Positions 53,605 to 63,709 of a DNA stretch of 64,000 nucleotides are shown here, piece by piece. The notes under the pieces are model-generated. The model ran no database searches and was not told the origin of the DNA. It saw nothing but the letters and a program-made list of their open reading frames with translations. Position numbers and translations under genes: made by a program. The DNA is from Candidatus Undivivens industriae (GTDB lineage: Bacteria; Omnitrophota; Gorgyraeia; Gygaellales; Profunditerraquicolaceae): NCBI GenBank assembly GCA_012514745.1, contig JAAYZR010000002.1:40962-104961 (forward strand), written 5' to 3'. Position 1 is the stretch's first letter, and each line of letters opens with the position of its first letter.

Positions 53605-54057
53605 ATGAAGATATGCAGAGTGTTATTCACGGCAGTTGCGGCGGCGTTCTTTTTCGCCGGCGGAGCGTGCCTGGCCGAGGAATTAAGCCGGGACAGTAAA
53701 GCGGTGGAGAGTCAGGTCATCGCCGACAGCGGAATTAAAGAGGTGCAATGGCTTTGGGGAGAGGTCGTTCTGGTAGATGTCGCCAAGAAACAGGTCATCG
53801 TGAGATACCTTGATTATGAAACAGACAACGAGAAAGAGATAAGCCTGTCCGTAGACGGTAAAACCGCTTACGAGAATATAAAAGATATTTCCGAACTTAA
53901 GGCGCAGGATATAGTGAGCGTTGATTACGTCTCGGACGCGGGAGGAAATAACGCGGCAGTAAATATCAGCGTGGAGAAACTGGAAGACGCCCAGAATTCT
54001 CCGGAGGAAGAGCTTCAAGAGCCGCCGTCCGCTTCCGGCGCGCAGAGCGGCGATTAA
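53605..54057 (+). CDS. Exported hypothetical protein (OB-fold-like)
   Basis: AGGAGG SD, signal peptide, WGEVV..D..K...LKAQDIVSVDY pattern; TTGACA-17-TAAATT promoter at 53520-53548. Confidence 0.75.
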   Translation: MKICRVLFTAVAAAFFFAGGACLAEELSRDSKAVESQVIADSGIKEVQWLWGEVVLVDVAKKQVIVRYLDYETDNEKEISLSVDGKTAYENIKDISELKAQDIVSVDYVSDAGGNNAAVNISVEKLEDAQNSPEEELQEPPSASGAQSGD

Positions 54058-54067
54058 TCCCCTTGCC

Positions 54068-54097
54068 CAGAAATCCGCGGGCTTTAGCCCGAGGGGC
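54068..54097. repeat. REP/IS200-IS605-end-like hairpin, related to 5323-5351
   Basis: CAGAAATCCGCGGGCTTTAGCCCGAGGGGC versus CAGAAATCCCCGGTTCTCGTCCGAGGGGC. Confidence 0.4.
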
Positions 54098-54228
54098 GCC
54101 ATTTAGAGTTCAGGAACTGGAATAAAGAGATCCGTGTTACATTGGAAAAGGCAGGCTTTAAGCCTGCCTTTTTTCCTGGGATTAACGCTGCGTCCGCTGT
54201 TCGATTGTTCCGGCTCGCTCAAAAGATA

Positions 54229-54882
54229 ATGAAAAAAATAAAACTTGTAATATTCGACCTGGACGGGACGCTGGTGGACGCTTATCCGGCCATAACGGAA
54301 AGTTTTAATCATGTTATGCTTTACCTAGGCCTGCCGCCGGTTCAGGCGGCGGTGGTCCGCGGGGCCGTTGGGCGGGGGGATGCCGGATTACTGCGCCCGT
54401 TCGTTCCAGAGAAATCCCTGAAGAAAGCGCTGGGCATATACCGAAAACACCACGCCCGGGCCTTGCGCAGAAAAGCGCGGCTGCTCCCCGGCGCGGCGGA
54501 GTTGATGGCATATCTGAAGAAAAAAGGCGTACCAATGGCTGTGGCCAGCAACCGCCCCACGCGTTTCTCCAGGATATTGATTGATAACCTCGCCATAGAT
54601 AGATATTTCGTTTACGTACTTTGCGCTGATAAATTGAAGAAAGGCAAACCGGATCCGCTGATCCTGCGTTTAATCTTGAGCAAACTCGGTATAAACCGCG
54701 CCGACGCTTTGTATGTAGGCGATATGGGAATCGATGCCTTGACCGGCCTGCGCGCCGGGGTGAGGACCGCGATCGTGCTGACCGGTTCCGGCAAGAAGGA
54801 AGAGATAAAGCCGTTCTCGCCCTGGAAGATAGTGCGTAGCCTCGGAGATCTCCGAAAAATCTTGACCCGTCGGGTGTTATAA
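54229..54882 (+). CDS. HAD-superfamily hydrolase (phosphoglycolate phosphatase-like)
   Basis: IFDLDGTLVD, ASN, KPDP, YVGD..ID. Confidence 0.92.
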   Translation: MKKIKLVIFDLDGTLVDAYPAITESFNHVMLYLGLPPVQAAVVRGAVGRGDAGLLRPFVPEKSLKKALGIYRKHHARALRRKARLLPGAAELMAYLKKKGVPMAVASNRPTRFSRILIDNLAIDRYFVYVLCADKLKKGKPDPLILRLILSKLGINRADALYVGDMGIDALTGLRAGVRTAIVLTGSGKKEEIKPFSPWKIVRSLGDLRKILTRRVL

Positions 54883-54949
54883 TATAGAATAACCCACTGT
54901 GGACCGCTTTCGAGACAAGGGCCCGCGTGAAACAATTGTTCCCGCAGAG

Positions 54950-55693
54950 GTGATTTTGAGAAGATTAATTGTTCAGGTCTTTCTTTTTTCAAGCCTGGCC
55001 CTGCTGTTCGGCGGCTGCCAGAGACTAGGGATCGTCATAAAGGGCGGCAGATCCGAAAGTAAAGCGGGAGCGATTCCTTTGCCGGCTTATTCCGGGCCGA
55101 AGGCGCGGATTGCCGTTGCCGCATTTGAGGTAAAGTCGGAGAAAAGCGACGCGGAGACCGGCGCCGCTTTACGGGATATGCTGTTGAGCGGGATTGTCAA
55201 CAGCGGGCGTTTCGCGGTGCTTGACCTGCCCGCCGTCCAGGAGATCCCGCCGGGCGGCGTCAACGGCGCTCTCCCCGCGGGACAGAAAGAAAAGCAGCTC
55301 CCCTCCGCGGATCTGATAATAACCGTCAGCGTCAATGAGTTCGAACCGCAGGCATCCGGCGGAAGAGAAGGGCTGGGCGGCGGCGGCGGCGTGTCCAGCG
55401 GTGTTTTGGGAGGGCTGCTCGGGGCTTCGGTAAATAAGGCGCATGTCGCCCTGGAAATAAGGATAGTGAACGTCGCCAATTCCGAGGTGGTCGCGTCCAA
55501 TAAAGTGCAGGGACAGGCTTCCGATGTATCCATCAAATCTTCCGCGGGGACTCCGGAAGGATGGATACTGGGGGGGGTGCTTTCGCGTTATTCGGACGCC
55601 CCTATGGAAAATGCCATAAGGAGCTGCATGGTAGAGGCCGTAAGATATATCGTACAGGCGGTACCCGCCAATTATTACAAATATCAGGAATGA
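54950..55693 (+). CDS. CsgG/HfaB family lipoprotein (start uncertain)
   Basis: Lipobox LFGGC, PKARIAV, NSGRFAVL, ADLII, RIVNV; TTGACC-17-TAGAAT promoter at 54862-54890. Confidence 0.82.
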   Translation: MILRRLIVQVFLFSSLALLFGGCQRLGIVIKGGRSESKAGAIPLPAYSGPKARIAVAAFEVKSEKSDAETGAALRDMLLSGIVNSGRFAVLDLPAVQEIPPGGVNGALPAGQKEKQLPSADLIITVSVNEFEPQASGGREGLGGGGGVSSGVLGGLLGASVNKAHVALEIRIVNVANSEVVASNKVQGQASDVSIKSSAGTPEGWILGGVLSRYSDAPMENAIRSCMVEAVRYIVQAVPANYYKYQE

Positions 55694-55759
55694 AGATACG
55701 CCCGTACCTCACGGCCCGCTTTTGCCGGCCGTGATGGGACGATTGAAAGGAAGGTAAAA

Positions 55760-55840
55760 ATGGGAAAAAGAAAACGCAGAGGTAAATTGAACTGGCGTTC
55801 CAAGAAGGCGAATAAAGGGAGAAAACCCTGCCAGGGATAG
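55760..55840 (+). CDS. 26-aa basic peptide, bL37-like ribosomal protein candidate
   Basis: AAGGAAGGT SD then [26 protein letters not shown]; stop lies 7 nt before trpB2. Confidence 0.7.
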   Translation: MGKRKRRGKLNWRSKKANKGRKPCQG

Positions 55841-55847
55841 GTGTATT

Positions 55848-57206
55848 ATGGATGAAAGCAAAGTCGTCCTGTCGGAGAAGCATATACCGACAGTCTGGTA
55901 TAATCTGCTTGCCGACCTGCCTTTTCCCGCTCCTCCGGCACTGAACCCCGCCACCGGCCGGCCGTTATCGGCGAAGGACTTGCATACAATATTTCCTCTT
56001 TCATTGATCCGGCAGGAGATGGGCCGGCAGAAAGAGGTCGTTATCCCGGCCGCGGTAAGGGATATTTACAGGCTTTGGAGGCCCACTCCTTTGAAGAGGG
56101 CTTTACGGCTGGAGAGGTATCTTGGGACAAAAGCGCGCATTTACTATAAAGACGAAAGCGTCTCGCCCACCGGCAGCCACAAGATCAATACTGCCATAGC
56201 GCAGGCATATTTCAACAAAAAAGAAGGTATACGCCGCCTGACTACCGAGACCGGGGCCGGCCAGTGGGGAGCGGCGTTGAGTTTCGCTTGCAACGTCTTC
56301 TCCTTGAAGTGCATGATTTATATGGTAAAGGTGAGTTACAACCAGAAACCTTTCCGGCGCTCATTGATGAAAATCTGGGGCGCGGATGTCGTCGCTTCCC
56401 CTTCAAAGACCACTGTTTGCGGGCGAGCCATACTCAAGGAAGATCCCGCATGCCGCGGGAGTCTCGGGACGGCTATTTCTGAAGCGGTGGAGGATGCCGC
56501 CGGCAGAAAGGATACCAATTACGCCCTCGGCAGCGTGTTGAACCACGTTCTTCTACACCAGACCGTCATCGGGCAGGAGGCCAAGGCGCAGCTTAAACTT
56601 ATCGGAGAGACGCCGGATTTTGTGATCGGATGCGTGGGCGGCGGCAGCAATTTCGGCGGATTGGCTTTTCCCTTCGTGGCGGACAAATTGCGCAGACGTC
56701 CGGAGATGCGCATAATCGCGGTCGAACCCTCCGCCTGCCCCACCCTTACCAGGGGGCTGTATGAATACGATTTTGGAGATACCGCTTCGCTCACGCCGCT
56801 GTTAAAGATGTTCACTCTCGGCCATAAATTTATGCCGCCTTCCATACACGCCGGAGGTTTAAGATATCACGGATGTTCTCCTCTAGTAAGCCTGCTTTGC
56901 AGAAAGAAGATAGCCGAGGCCCGGTCTTATCCGCAGTTGGAGGTTTTTAAGGCCGCACTGGCTTTTGCCCGGACTGAAGGTATCGTTCCGGCCCCGGAGA
57001 CCGCGCACGCCGTAAAGGCCGCCATCGACGCAGCAAAAACGGCGCCCAAAGGCGCGTGCGTCCTTTTCAACTTCAGCGGGCACGGTTTCCTCGACCTCGC
57101 GTCTTATGACAAGTTTCTTGGCGGAGAGTTGACAAATTTTTCTCATCCCGCCGCCGGAATCAGGCGTTCTTTGAAAAACCTGCCTGCAGTCCGCCTCACG
57201 GAATAA
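55848..57206 (+). CDS. TrpB2 (tryptophan synthase beta chain-like PLP enzyme)
   Basis: [45 protein letters not shown]. Confidence 0.95.
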   Translation: MDESKVVLSEKHIPTVWYNLLADLPFPAPPALNPATGRPLSAKDLHTIFPLSLIRQEMGRQKEVVIPAAVRDIYRLWRPTPLKRALRLERYLGTKARIYYKDESVSPTGSHKINTAIAQAYFNKKEGIRRLTTETGAGQWGAALSFACNVFSLKCMIYMVKVSYNQKPFRRSLMKIWGADVVASPSKTTVCGRAILKEDPACRGSLGTAISEAVEDAAGRKDTNYALGSVLNHVLLHQTVIGQEAKAQLKLIGETPDFVIGCVGGGSNFGGLAFPFVADKLRRRPEMRIIAVEPSACPTLTRGLYEYDFGDTASLTPLLKMFTLGHKFMPPSIHAGGLRYHGCSPLVSLLCRKKIAEARSYPQLEVFKAALAFARTEGIVPAPETAHAVKAAIDAAKTAPKGACVLFNFSGHGFLDLASYDKFLGGELTNFSHPAAGIRRSLKNLPAVRLTE

Positions 57207-57286
57207 CCGTTTCGGCGGGCCCGTTACCGAACTTATTTCAGAAAATGGGTATTATTTGTGCGTGTTCCGCCAAGAGAGCCGTAAAA

Positions 57287-58312
57287 ATGTCCCGCAAAAA
57301 ACCGATAAAAGCCGTAGCGCTTATTTCAGGCGGCCTGGACAGCATACTCGCCGCCAGACTGATGATCGATCAGGGGATAACAATCCTGCCCCTGAAGGTC
57401 CTGTTGCCTTATCTGCCGCGCGAGCGCGATAGAACGGGAGCGAGAAGCAGGCTGATTTCCCGTCTGGAAGAATGGGCGGGAACGCCCCTTGCCGGGATCG
57501 ACGCTTCCGAGGAGGCCGTTGCTCTCCTGAAGTCTCCCGAATACGGCTTCGGTTCCAATATGAATCCGTGCCTGGATTGCCGGATACTGATGCTGAAGAA
57601 AGGCGCGGAGTTCATGCGGCAGGCGGGAGCCGATTTTGTAGTTACCGGGGAAGTCGTGGGGCAGCGCGGCATGTCCCAGCGCAGACAAGCTTTGGAGATC
57701 GCGGACCGCGAAAGCGGTATCCCCGGTTTGATCCTGAGGCCTCTTTCCGGCCGGATACTACCGGAGACCATACCTGAAAGACAAGGATGGGTGGAGCGCG
57801 CAAAATTGTTCAGTTTAAGCGGGCGGCCCAGGCAGGCGCAATTGCGCCTGGCGGAGTCTGCGGGTATAGAAGAACCGGTGAACGCCGCCGGAGGATGCTT
57901 GCTTACTGATCCGATCTTTTCCGGGCGGCTGCGCGATCTTTGCCGCCACGAAGGACTGGATAGGAGGGAGCTTGAATTGCTCAAGTTCGGCAGGCATTTC
58001 AGGCTTTCCGAAAAAACAAAGCTCATAGTGGGAAGAAATAAGGAAGAGAACGGGTTACTGGAATCTTTTGCCGGGCCGGGCGATGCCCTTTTTTATACCA
58101 TAGATGTGGCTGGTCCGGTCGCCCTGGGCAGGGGAGAGTTTCATTCCGGCCTTATAGCATTGTCGGGTTCGTTTCTGGCTTATTACTGCCGTCCGGCTCC
58201 AGGCAGCGGAGTAAAGATATCCCGCAGGGTGCTGCCGGAAGGCGCGGAGACGATTTCGTATTGTTTGCCGGCTGACGAAAAGGCCCTGGAGGCATTCCGC
58301 ATAGGTAAATAA
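57287..58312 (+). CDS. ThiI/MnmA-like PP-loop tRNA thiolase with C-terminal DUF814-type region
   Basis: SGGLDS, NPCLDCR, TGEVVGQR.MSQ, AGGCLLTD, GRHFR. Confidence 0.82.
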   Translation: MSRKKPIKAVALISGGLDSILAARLMIDQGITILPLKVLLPYLPRERDRTGARSRLISRLEEWAGTPLAGIDASEEAVALLKSPEYGFGSNMNPCLDCRILMLKKGAEFMRQAGADFVVTGEVVGQRGMSQRRQALEIADRESGIPGLILRPLSGRILPETIPERQGWVERAKLFSLSGRPRQAQLRLAESAGIEEPVNAAGGCLLTDPIFSGRLRDLCRHEGLDRRELELLKFGRHFRLSEKTKLIVGRNKEENGLLESFAGPGDALFYTIDVAGPVALGRGEFHSGLIALSGSFLAYYCRPAPGSGVKISRRVLPEGAETISYCLPADEKALEAFRIGK

Positions 58313-58355
58313 ATTCTGCGTTTCGCCGACGGGATAAAAACTTCAAGGAGGAAAG

Positions 58356-59063
58356 ATGAACGGGTTGAGAAAATCAGTTGTTTTGTTGATCGTGTCGGCG
58401 GCGGTCCTTATCGCCGGCATACTTTTGCGTCCGGCTAATCCGCGCCGGGTAGTGATAAGCAGGTTCGATTCAAAGGACGCGGTCAAAAGAGTGGAATACG
58501 GCAGCCGCGATTTTAATCTCGCGGTGGAAAGTTCTGCCAGGAGCGCATCTTGGTTCGGCAGGTCTCTTAAATTGAGCCTGAAACTCATTCCGGGAAGTTA
58601 TAATTTTCTGGCTTGCGGGAAGGGACTTGTCGAAAAAAGGTGCGAGTGGGAGAATCGGCCGGCAGGATTGGATTGGAATGAAATATCCGGGATTTCCTAC
58701 AAAATATTTGTCGAGCCCGTCAAAGGTACGGAGCAGAAACCGGCGATGGTCAGGATCGCCACCGATATCATAGACGGGGATGGAGAGATATTGCGTGCCT
58801 CCAGGATCGTGCATACCGGGGAGTGGCTTGAGGAGCGGGTGTATTTCAATGAATTGACCACGCGCTACGACTATCAGCGCGACTGGAAAAGCGTGAAATG
58901 GACGGGTACCGGCGACGACAAAACCTCTCTGAGCAGGGTCGATAACGGGGTGAAGTCTTATCAGTTCGAGGTCCTCGGTATCGTCACGGAGCGGCCGGTA
59001 GACCTGAAAACGGAGCAGATAGAGGTAGTGTTGTATATAGACGAGGTGGCATTGATACGCTGA
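58356..59063 (+). CDS. Membrane-anchored/exported hypothetical protein, possibly a CBM11-like galactose-binding fold
   Basis: AAGGAGG SD, N-terminal TM, LDWNEISGISY, GEW....YFNEL, LYIDEV pattern. Confidence 0.6.
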   Translation: MNGLRKSVVLLIVSAAVLIAGILLRPANPRRVVISRFDSKDAVKRVEYGSRDFNLAVESSARSASWFGRSLKLSLKLIPGSYNFLACGKGLVEKRCEWENRPAGLDWNEISGISYKIFVEPVKGTEQKPAMVRIATDIIDGDGEILRASRIVHTGEWLEERVYFNELTTRYDYQRDWKSVKWTGTGDDKTSLSRVDNGVKSYQFEVLGIVTERPVDLKTEQIEVVLYIDEVALIR

Positions 59064-59078
59064 GGTCCGCAGCCGGCC

Positions 59079-60101
59079 ATGGACAAAGAAGCCATATTGT
59101 ACGATAAGCAGTCCGGCGGCGCGGTGCGCTGTCTGCTTTGCCGCCATTCCTGCCGTATACTGCCCGGCGGCAGCGGTATCTGCGGGGTCCGTTTCAACAA
59201 GGACGGCATATTGATGACGCACGCCTACGGCAATCCCGTTTGCGGGAACGCCGACCCGGTGGAGAAAAAGCCGCTGTATCATTTTCTTCCCGGTTCCTTG
59301 AGCATGTCTATCGCCTTCCCCGGGTGCAATTTCAGGTGCGGGTTCTGTCAGAACTGGCAGATATCGCAGGACGTTTCTTTTTATGACGGAGCGCCGCCGG
59401 CGGAAGAATTCCCGCCGGAGAAAATAGTGGAATCGGCGGCGGAGAACGGGTGCGCCAGCGTTTCATATACTTACACCGAACCGACGGTATTTATGGAATA
59501 CGCTCTTGATACCTGCAAAGCGGCGCGGGGGAAAGGGCTGAAAAACGTTTTCGTTACCAACGGTTATATGAGCCGCCGGGCTTTGGAGGCCGTCGCCCCC
59601 TGGCTGGACGCGGCCAACGTGGATATAAAGTTTTTCAGGGAGGACTCATACCGCCAACACTGCGGGGCGGCGCTGGGACCGGTCCTGGAATCGGTGCGCC
59701 TGATGAAAAAGCTCGGCATCTGGGTGGAACTTACCACGCTGTTGATACCGGGTTTGAACGATTCCAGGGAGGAGCTTGAAGGGCTGGCGGGGTTTATCGC
59801 TTCTCTCGACCGCAATATACCCTGGCATATCTCGCGGTTCCATCCGGATTATAAATTCAGCGCATTTCAATCCACCCCGGAGCCGCTTGTGAGAGAGGCG
59901 GTGGAGACCGGGAAGCGGGCCGGGCTTCCTTATGTTTACGCCGGCAACGTCTCGGGCTGGGGCGCAGATACGCATTGTCATAATTGCCGGGAGCTTTTGA
60001 TAAAAAGGGAAGTATTCCATATCCGGAATTGCGGGATGCATAACGGGAAATGCCGTTTTTGCGGGGAGAAGATCCCGGGGGTATTCGCCGGGGGATGGTA
60101 G
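59079..60101 (+). CDS. amrS: AmmeMemoRadiSam system radical SAM enzyme
   Basis: CLLCRHSC, DPVEKKPLYHF, GCNFRCGFCQNWQISQ, YTYTEP, SRFHPDY, YVYAGN. Confidence 0.92.
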   Translation: MDKEAILYDKQSGGAVRCLLCRHSCRILPGGSGICGVRFNKDGILMTHAYGNPVCGNADPVEKKPLYHFLPGSLSMSIAFPGCNFRCGFCQNWQISQDVSFYDGAPPAEEFPPEKIVESAAENGCASVSYTYTEPTVFMEYALDTCKAARGKGLKNVFVTNGYMSRRALEAVAPWLDAANVDIKFFREDSYRQHCGAALGPVLESVRLMKKLGIWVELTTLLIPGLNDSREELEGLAGFIASLDRNIPWHISRFHPDYKFSAFQSTPEPLVREAVETGKRAGLPYVYAGNVSGWGADTHCHNCRELLIKREVFHIRNCGMHNGKCRFCGEKIPGVFAGGW

Positions 60102-60132
60102 TGAACTGCATATACAACAGAAAGGCTGTGGA

Positions 60133-62838
60133 GTGATCACTGAACGTGACGCTATGGTTAAATGGTGGCAGAAAGACGCCGTCGATACGGCCAGGGAACT
60201 CGGCACGGATCTTAATAAAGGGCTTTCCCTGCAGGCAGCCGGCGACCGTTTGCGCGAATACGGGCCCAACGAATTGAAGGAAGCCGAGCACGATTCGGCG
60301 TTTGAGATTTTCATCGCCCAGTTCAAGAGTTTCATCATCTGGGTGCTGATCGCGGCCGCGGTCATATCCGGTTTTTTGAACGAGTGGGGCGACGCGCTGG
60401 CAATACTGGCGGTGGTGATACTGAACGCTTTTCTCGGATTCCTGCAGGAATACCGCGCGGAGAAGTCTCTGGCGGCGTTGAAGAAAATGTCCAGCCCGGT
60501 ATCCCGCATAATACGCAGCGGCGTGCGCGGAATGATCCCTTCCCGCGATCTGGTCCCGGGAGACCTGATCGAAATAGAGGCGGGGGATAATCTTCAGGCG
60601 GACTGCCGTGTTTGCTGGATTACGCGTAATTTCGCGGTTCAGGAAGCCAGTCTCACCGGGGAGTCGCTACCGGTAAACAAGACCGAACTTCCTTTGAATA
60701 TAGCCGATGCCGGCTTGGCCGACAGGGCAAATATGGTCTACATGGGGACATCCGTGGTGGCGGGCAAAGCCAGAGCGCTGGTGGTCAACACCGGGATGAG
60801 CACCGAGCTCGGCAGGATAGCCGGCATGATACAGCAGCAGGCCGCGGAACAGACGCCTTTGCAGCGTAAGCTGGAAGAGTTCGGCAGGTGGATAGTATAT
60901 ATTTGTTTCGCGCTGGTGGGTATCGTTTTTATCCTGGAAATGCTGCGCGGCGGAAGGATGCTGGATGTCTTTCTTACCGCGGTCAGCCTCGCAGTGGCGG
61001 CCATTCCGGAAGGACTGCCGGCGGTGGTCACAGTGGCTTTGGCCCTCGGTGTGCAGCGTATGGTCAAACGCAATGCTTTGATCAGGAAGCTTCCTTCGGT
61101 GGAGACGCTGGGCTGCGCCACGGTTATCTGCACAGATAAAACCGGGACCTTGACCAGAAATGAAATGACCGTACAGCGCGTGGCTTTTCCGGGCCGCGTA
61201 TTCTCGGTGGAGGGCAGCGGGTATTCCTCCGTGGGGGATTTTCTACTGGACGGCAGGAAGATAAATCCTCTCGATTTTCCGGAGTTGAAAAAGGCGCTGC
61301 TCTGCGGCGTCCTTTGCAACGGCGCCGAGCTGGTTTTCTCTTCCGGCAGGACCAGCGTTGTCGGAGATCCTACCGAGGGCGCGATATTGGTCGCGGCGGC
61401 GAAAATGGGGATCGATAAATCGGCGCTGGAAAAAGAATTCCCTTTCGTGGAAGAAATCCCTTTCGACCCGAAACGCAAGAAAATGAGTCTGGTGCGCAGG
61501 CAGGGGGACGGATTTGCCGTCTTCGCCAAGGGGGCCCCGGATGTGCTTATCGGGGATTGCTCGGAGATCGAAGAGAACGGGGTCAGGCGCAGACTTTCTC
61601 CGGAAGAGAAGAAACGGATACTGGAGCTGAACGACAGCCTGGCTGACGGCGCGATGCGCGTCCTGGCCGTCGCCTACCGCCCTTTAGACGTCCGGCCGGA
61701 GGATTATAACCCGGATTTTATAGAGCGTTATCTTGTTTTTTGCGGGCTGATTGCCATGATGGACCCTCCCCGCCCGGAAGCGGCTGAGGCGGTGTCCAGA
61801 TGCAGAAGGGCCGGCATACGCACCGTTATGATCACCGGTGATCATAAGAATACCGCCGTGGCGGTGGCGCGCAGTCTCGGATTTTTCGATTCCGGTTCCG
61901 GCGCTTTGAGCGGAGAGGAACTGGACCTTCTTCCCGAAAAGGAGTTCGCCGCCCGCGTGGAGAATATCGCGGTATATGCCAGGGTCTCTCCAGAGCATAA
62001 ACTACGGATTGTGCGGGCCTGGCGCGGCCGCGGCGAGATCGTCGCCATGACCGGAGACGGAGTCAACGACGCCCCCGCGGTAAAGGAAGCCGACATCGGG
62101 GTGGCCATGGGGATTACCGGCACGGATGTTACCAAAGAGGTCTCAGACATGGTCGTTACCGACGACAATTTTTCTTCTATAGTCGCCGCGGTAGAGGAAG
62201 GGCGCGGCATATACGGTAACATCCGCAAGTTCATACATTATCTGCTTTCCTGCAATACGGGGGAGATTATGGTCATGTTCGCGGCTTCCCTCTTCGGTCT
62301 GCCGGTGCCGCTTTTGCCGATACACATACTCTGGGTTAACCTGGTAACGGACAGCCTGCCTGCCCTGGCGCTGGGGGTGGAGCCCGTAGAGCGGGACGTT
62401 ATGTCCAGGCCTCCGCGCGATCCGCAGGAAAAGATAATCGACGGCGGTCGTCTTAAGCTGATGCTTTTTCAGGGGGGGCTTATAGCTTTTTGCAGCCTCG
62501 CCGCTTTTGTCTTCGAGCTGTTCGTCCGTAAACAGGGTTTAATGGCGGCCCGGACCGCGGCCTTTATCGTGCTTTCCTGCAGCCAGCTCTTTCATGCCTT
62601 CAACTGCCGCAGCATGGAGCGCCCGGTATTCTCGCTCGGCATATTCTCCAACGCCAAGCTGGCGGCGGCGGTGCTGGTTTCTTTCCTGCTTTTGCTGGCG
62701 GCGGTATACATGCCGTTCTTCTCCGACATCTTCAGCGTTTCTTCGCCGGATCTTTCGGACTGGGCCATTATGGTGGTCCTTTCCTCCTTACCGTTATGGT
62801 GCGTGGAATTGATGAAGAAGGTGCGCGGCCGGCAATAG
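60133..62838 (+). CDS. P-type II cation (Ca2+)-transporting ATPase
   Basis: TGES, PEGLP, DKTGT, KGAP, TGD, GDGVND, NLVTD. Confidence 0.95.
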   Translation: MITERDAMVKWWQKDAVDTARELGTDLNKGLSLQAAGDRLREYGPNELKEAEHDSAFEIFIAQFKSFIIWVLIAAAVISGFLNEWGDALAILAVVILNAFLGFLQEYRAEKSLAALKKMSSPVSRIIRSGVRGMIPSRDLVPGDLIEIEAGDNLQADCRVCWITRNFAVQEASLTGESLPVNKTELPLNIADAGLADRANMVYMGTSVVAGKARALVVNTGMSTELGRIAGMIQQQAAEQTPLQRKLEEFGRWIVYICFALVGIVFILEMLRGGRMLDVFLTAVSLAVAAIPEGLPAVVTVALALGVQRMVKRNALIRKLPSVETLGCATVICTDKTGTLTRNEMTVQRVAFPGRVFSVEGSGYSSVGDFLLDGRKINPLDFPELKKALLCGVLCNGAELVFSSGRTSVVGDPTEGAILVAAAKMGIDKSALEKEFPFVEEIPFDPKRKKMSLVRRQGDGFAVFAKGAPDVLIGDCSEIEENGVRRRLSPEEKKRILELNDSLADGAMRVLAVAYRPLDVRPEDYNPDFIERYLVFCGLIAMMDPPRPEAAEAVSRCRRAGIRTVMITGDHKNTAVAVARSLGFFDSGSGALSGEELDLLPEKEFAARVENIAVYARVSPEHKLRIVRAWRGRGEIVAMTGDGVNDAPAVKEADIGVAMGITGTDVTKEVSDMVVTDDNFSSIVAAVEEGRGIYGNIRKFIHYLLSCNTGEIMVMFAASLFGLPVPLLPIHILWVNLVTDSLPALALGVEPVERDVMSRPPRDPQEKIIDGGRLKLMLFQGGLIAFCSLAAFVFELFVRKQGLMAARTAAFIVLSCSQLFHAFNCRSMERPVFSLGIFSNAKLAAAVLVSFLLLLAAVYMPFFSDIFSVSSPDLSDWAIMVVLSSLPLWCVELMKKVRGRQ

Positions 62839-62977
62839 CCGGAGCGCGCGCCCCTTCGGCCGTCACCCAGGAACGCAGTCTCTCCCGCAAGGTTCCTCTT
62901 AAGAAAATAGTTTACTAAGGAGTTCCTTTACTGGTAAAATAGATCGAGCCGGCGAGCCGGTCATACAAAGGAAGATC

Positions 62978-63709
62978 ATGATGATGCTTGAAGTTAAAAA
63001 CATAAGCGTGGAAGTATCCGGCCGGCTCATCCTTCAGGGCGTGGATATGCATATACGCAAGGGGGAAGTGGTTGTGCTGTTTGGGCCGAACGGCAGCGGC
63101 AAGAGCACGCTGCTTAAGACGATAATGGGATTCGAGGGGTACAAAGTGATCTCCGGAGAGATCCTTCTGGGAGAGACCAGGATAGACGGGCTTCCCGTGG
63201 AAGAAAGAGTGAAGCTCGGTCTCGGGTTGATGTATCAGCATCCTCCGCAGGTCAGGGGTGTCAAACTTGCTCAGATCGCCGGCCGTCTGAACGGCAATGC
63301 CGGGTTGATAAAGGAGATGTCGGAAAGGCTTTCCCTTTCTTCGCATCTATCCAGGGATATAAACATGGGGTTTTCCGGCGGGGAGATGAAACGTTCGGAA
63401 CTTTTTCAACTGATCCTGCAGGATCCCGGTCTGCTCCTTCTCGACGAGCCGGAGTCGGGCGTGGATCTGGAGAACATTTCGGTCATGGGTAAAGTACTGG
63501 ATGGTTATCTCAAAGAAGAAGGCAAGTCGGCCCTGATCATAACCCATACCGGTTATATCCTAGATTATATAAACGCCAGGAAAGGCTGCGTGATGATAGA
63601 CGGGAAGATGTGGTGCGTGGGCAGGCCGAAGGAGATATTCGAAAACATAAGGGAACGCGGATACGACAAATGCATGGGATGCGATGACAGAGCACAATCG
63701 GCAAGATAA
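62978..63709 (+). CDS. SufC/SmsC-like ABC ATPase
   Basis: GPNGSGKST, GFSGGE.KRSE, LDEPESGVD, ITH, C-terminal CMGC. Confidence 0.9.
   Translation: MMMLEVKNISVEVSGRLILQGVDMHIRKGEVVVLFGPNGSGKSTLLKTIMGFEGYKVISGEILLGETRIDGLPVEERVKLGLGLMYQHPPQVRGVKLAQIAGRLNGNAGLIKEMSERLSLSSHLSRDINMGFSGGEMKRSELFQLILQDPGLLLLDEPESGVDLENISVMGKVLDGYLKEEGKSALIITHTGYILDYINARKGCVMIDGKMWCVGRPKEIFENIRERGYDKCMGCDDRAQSAR

Noticed and set aside
54950-55693. Curli secretion system
   Set aside because: It is a lone CsgG/HfaB-family gene with no csgA, csgB, csgE or csgF neighbours.
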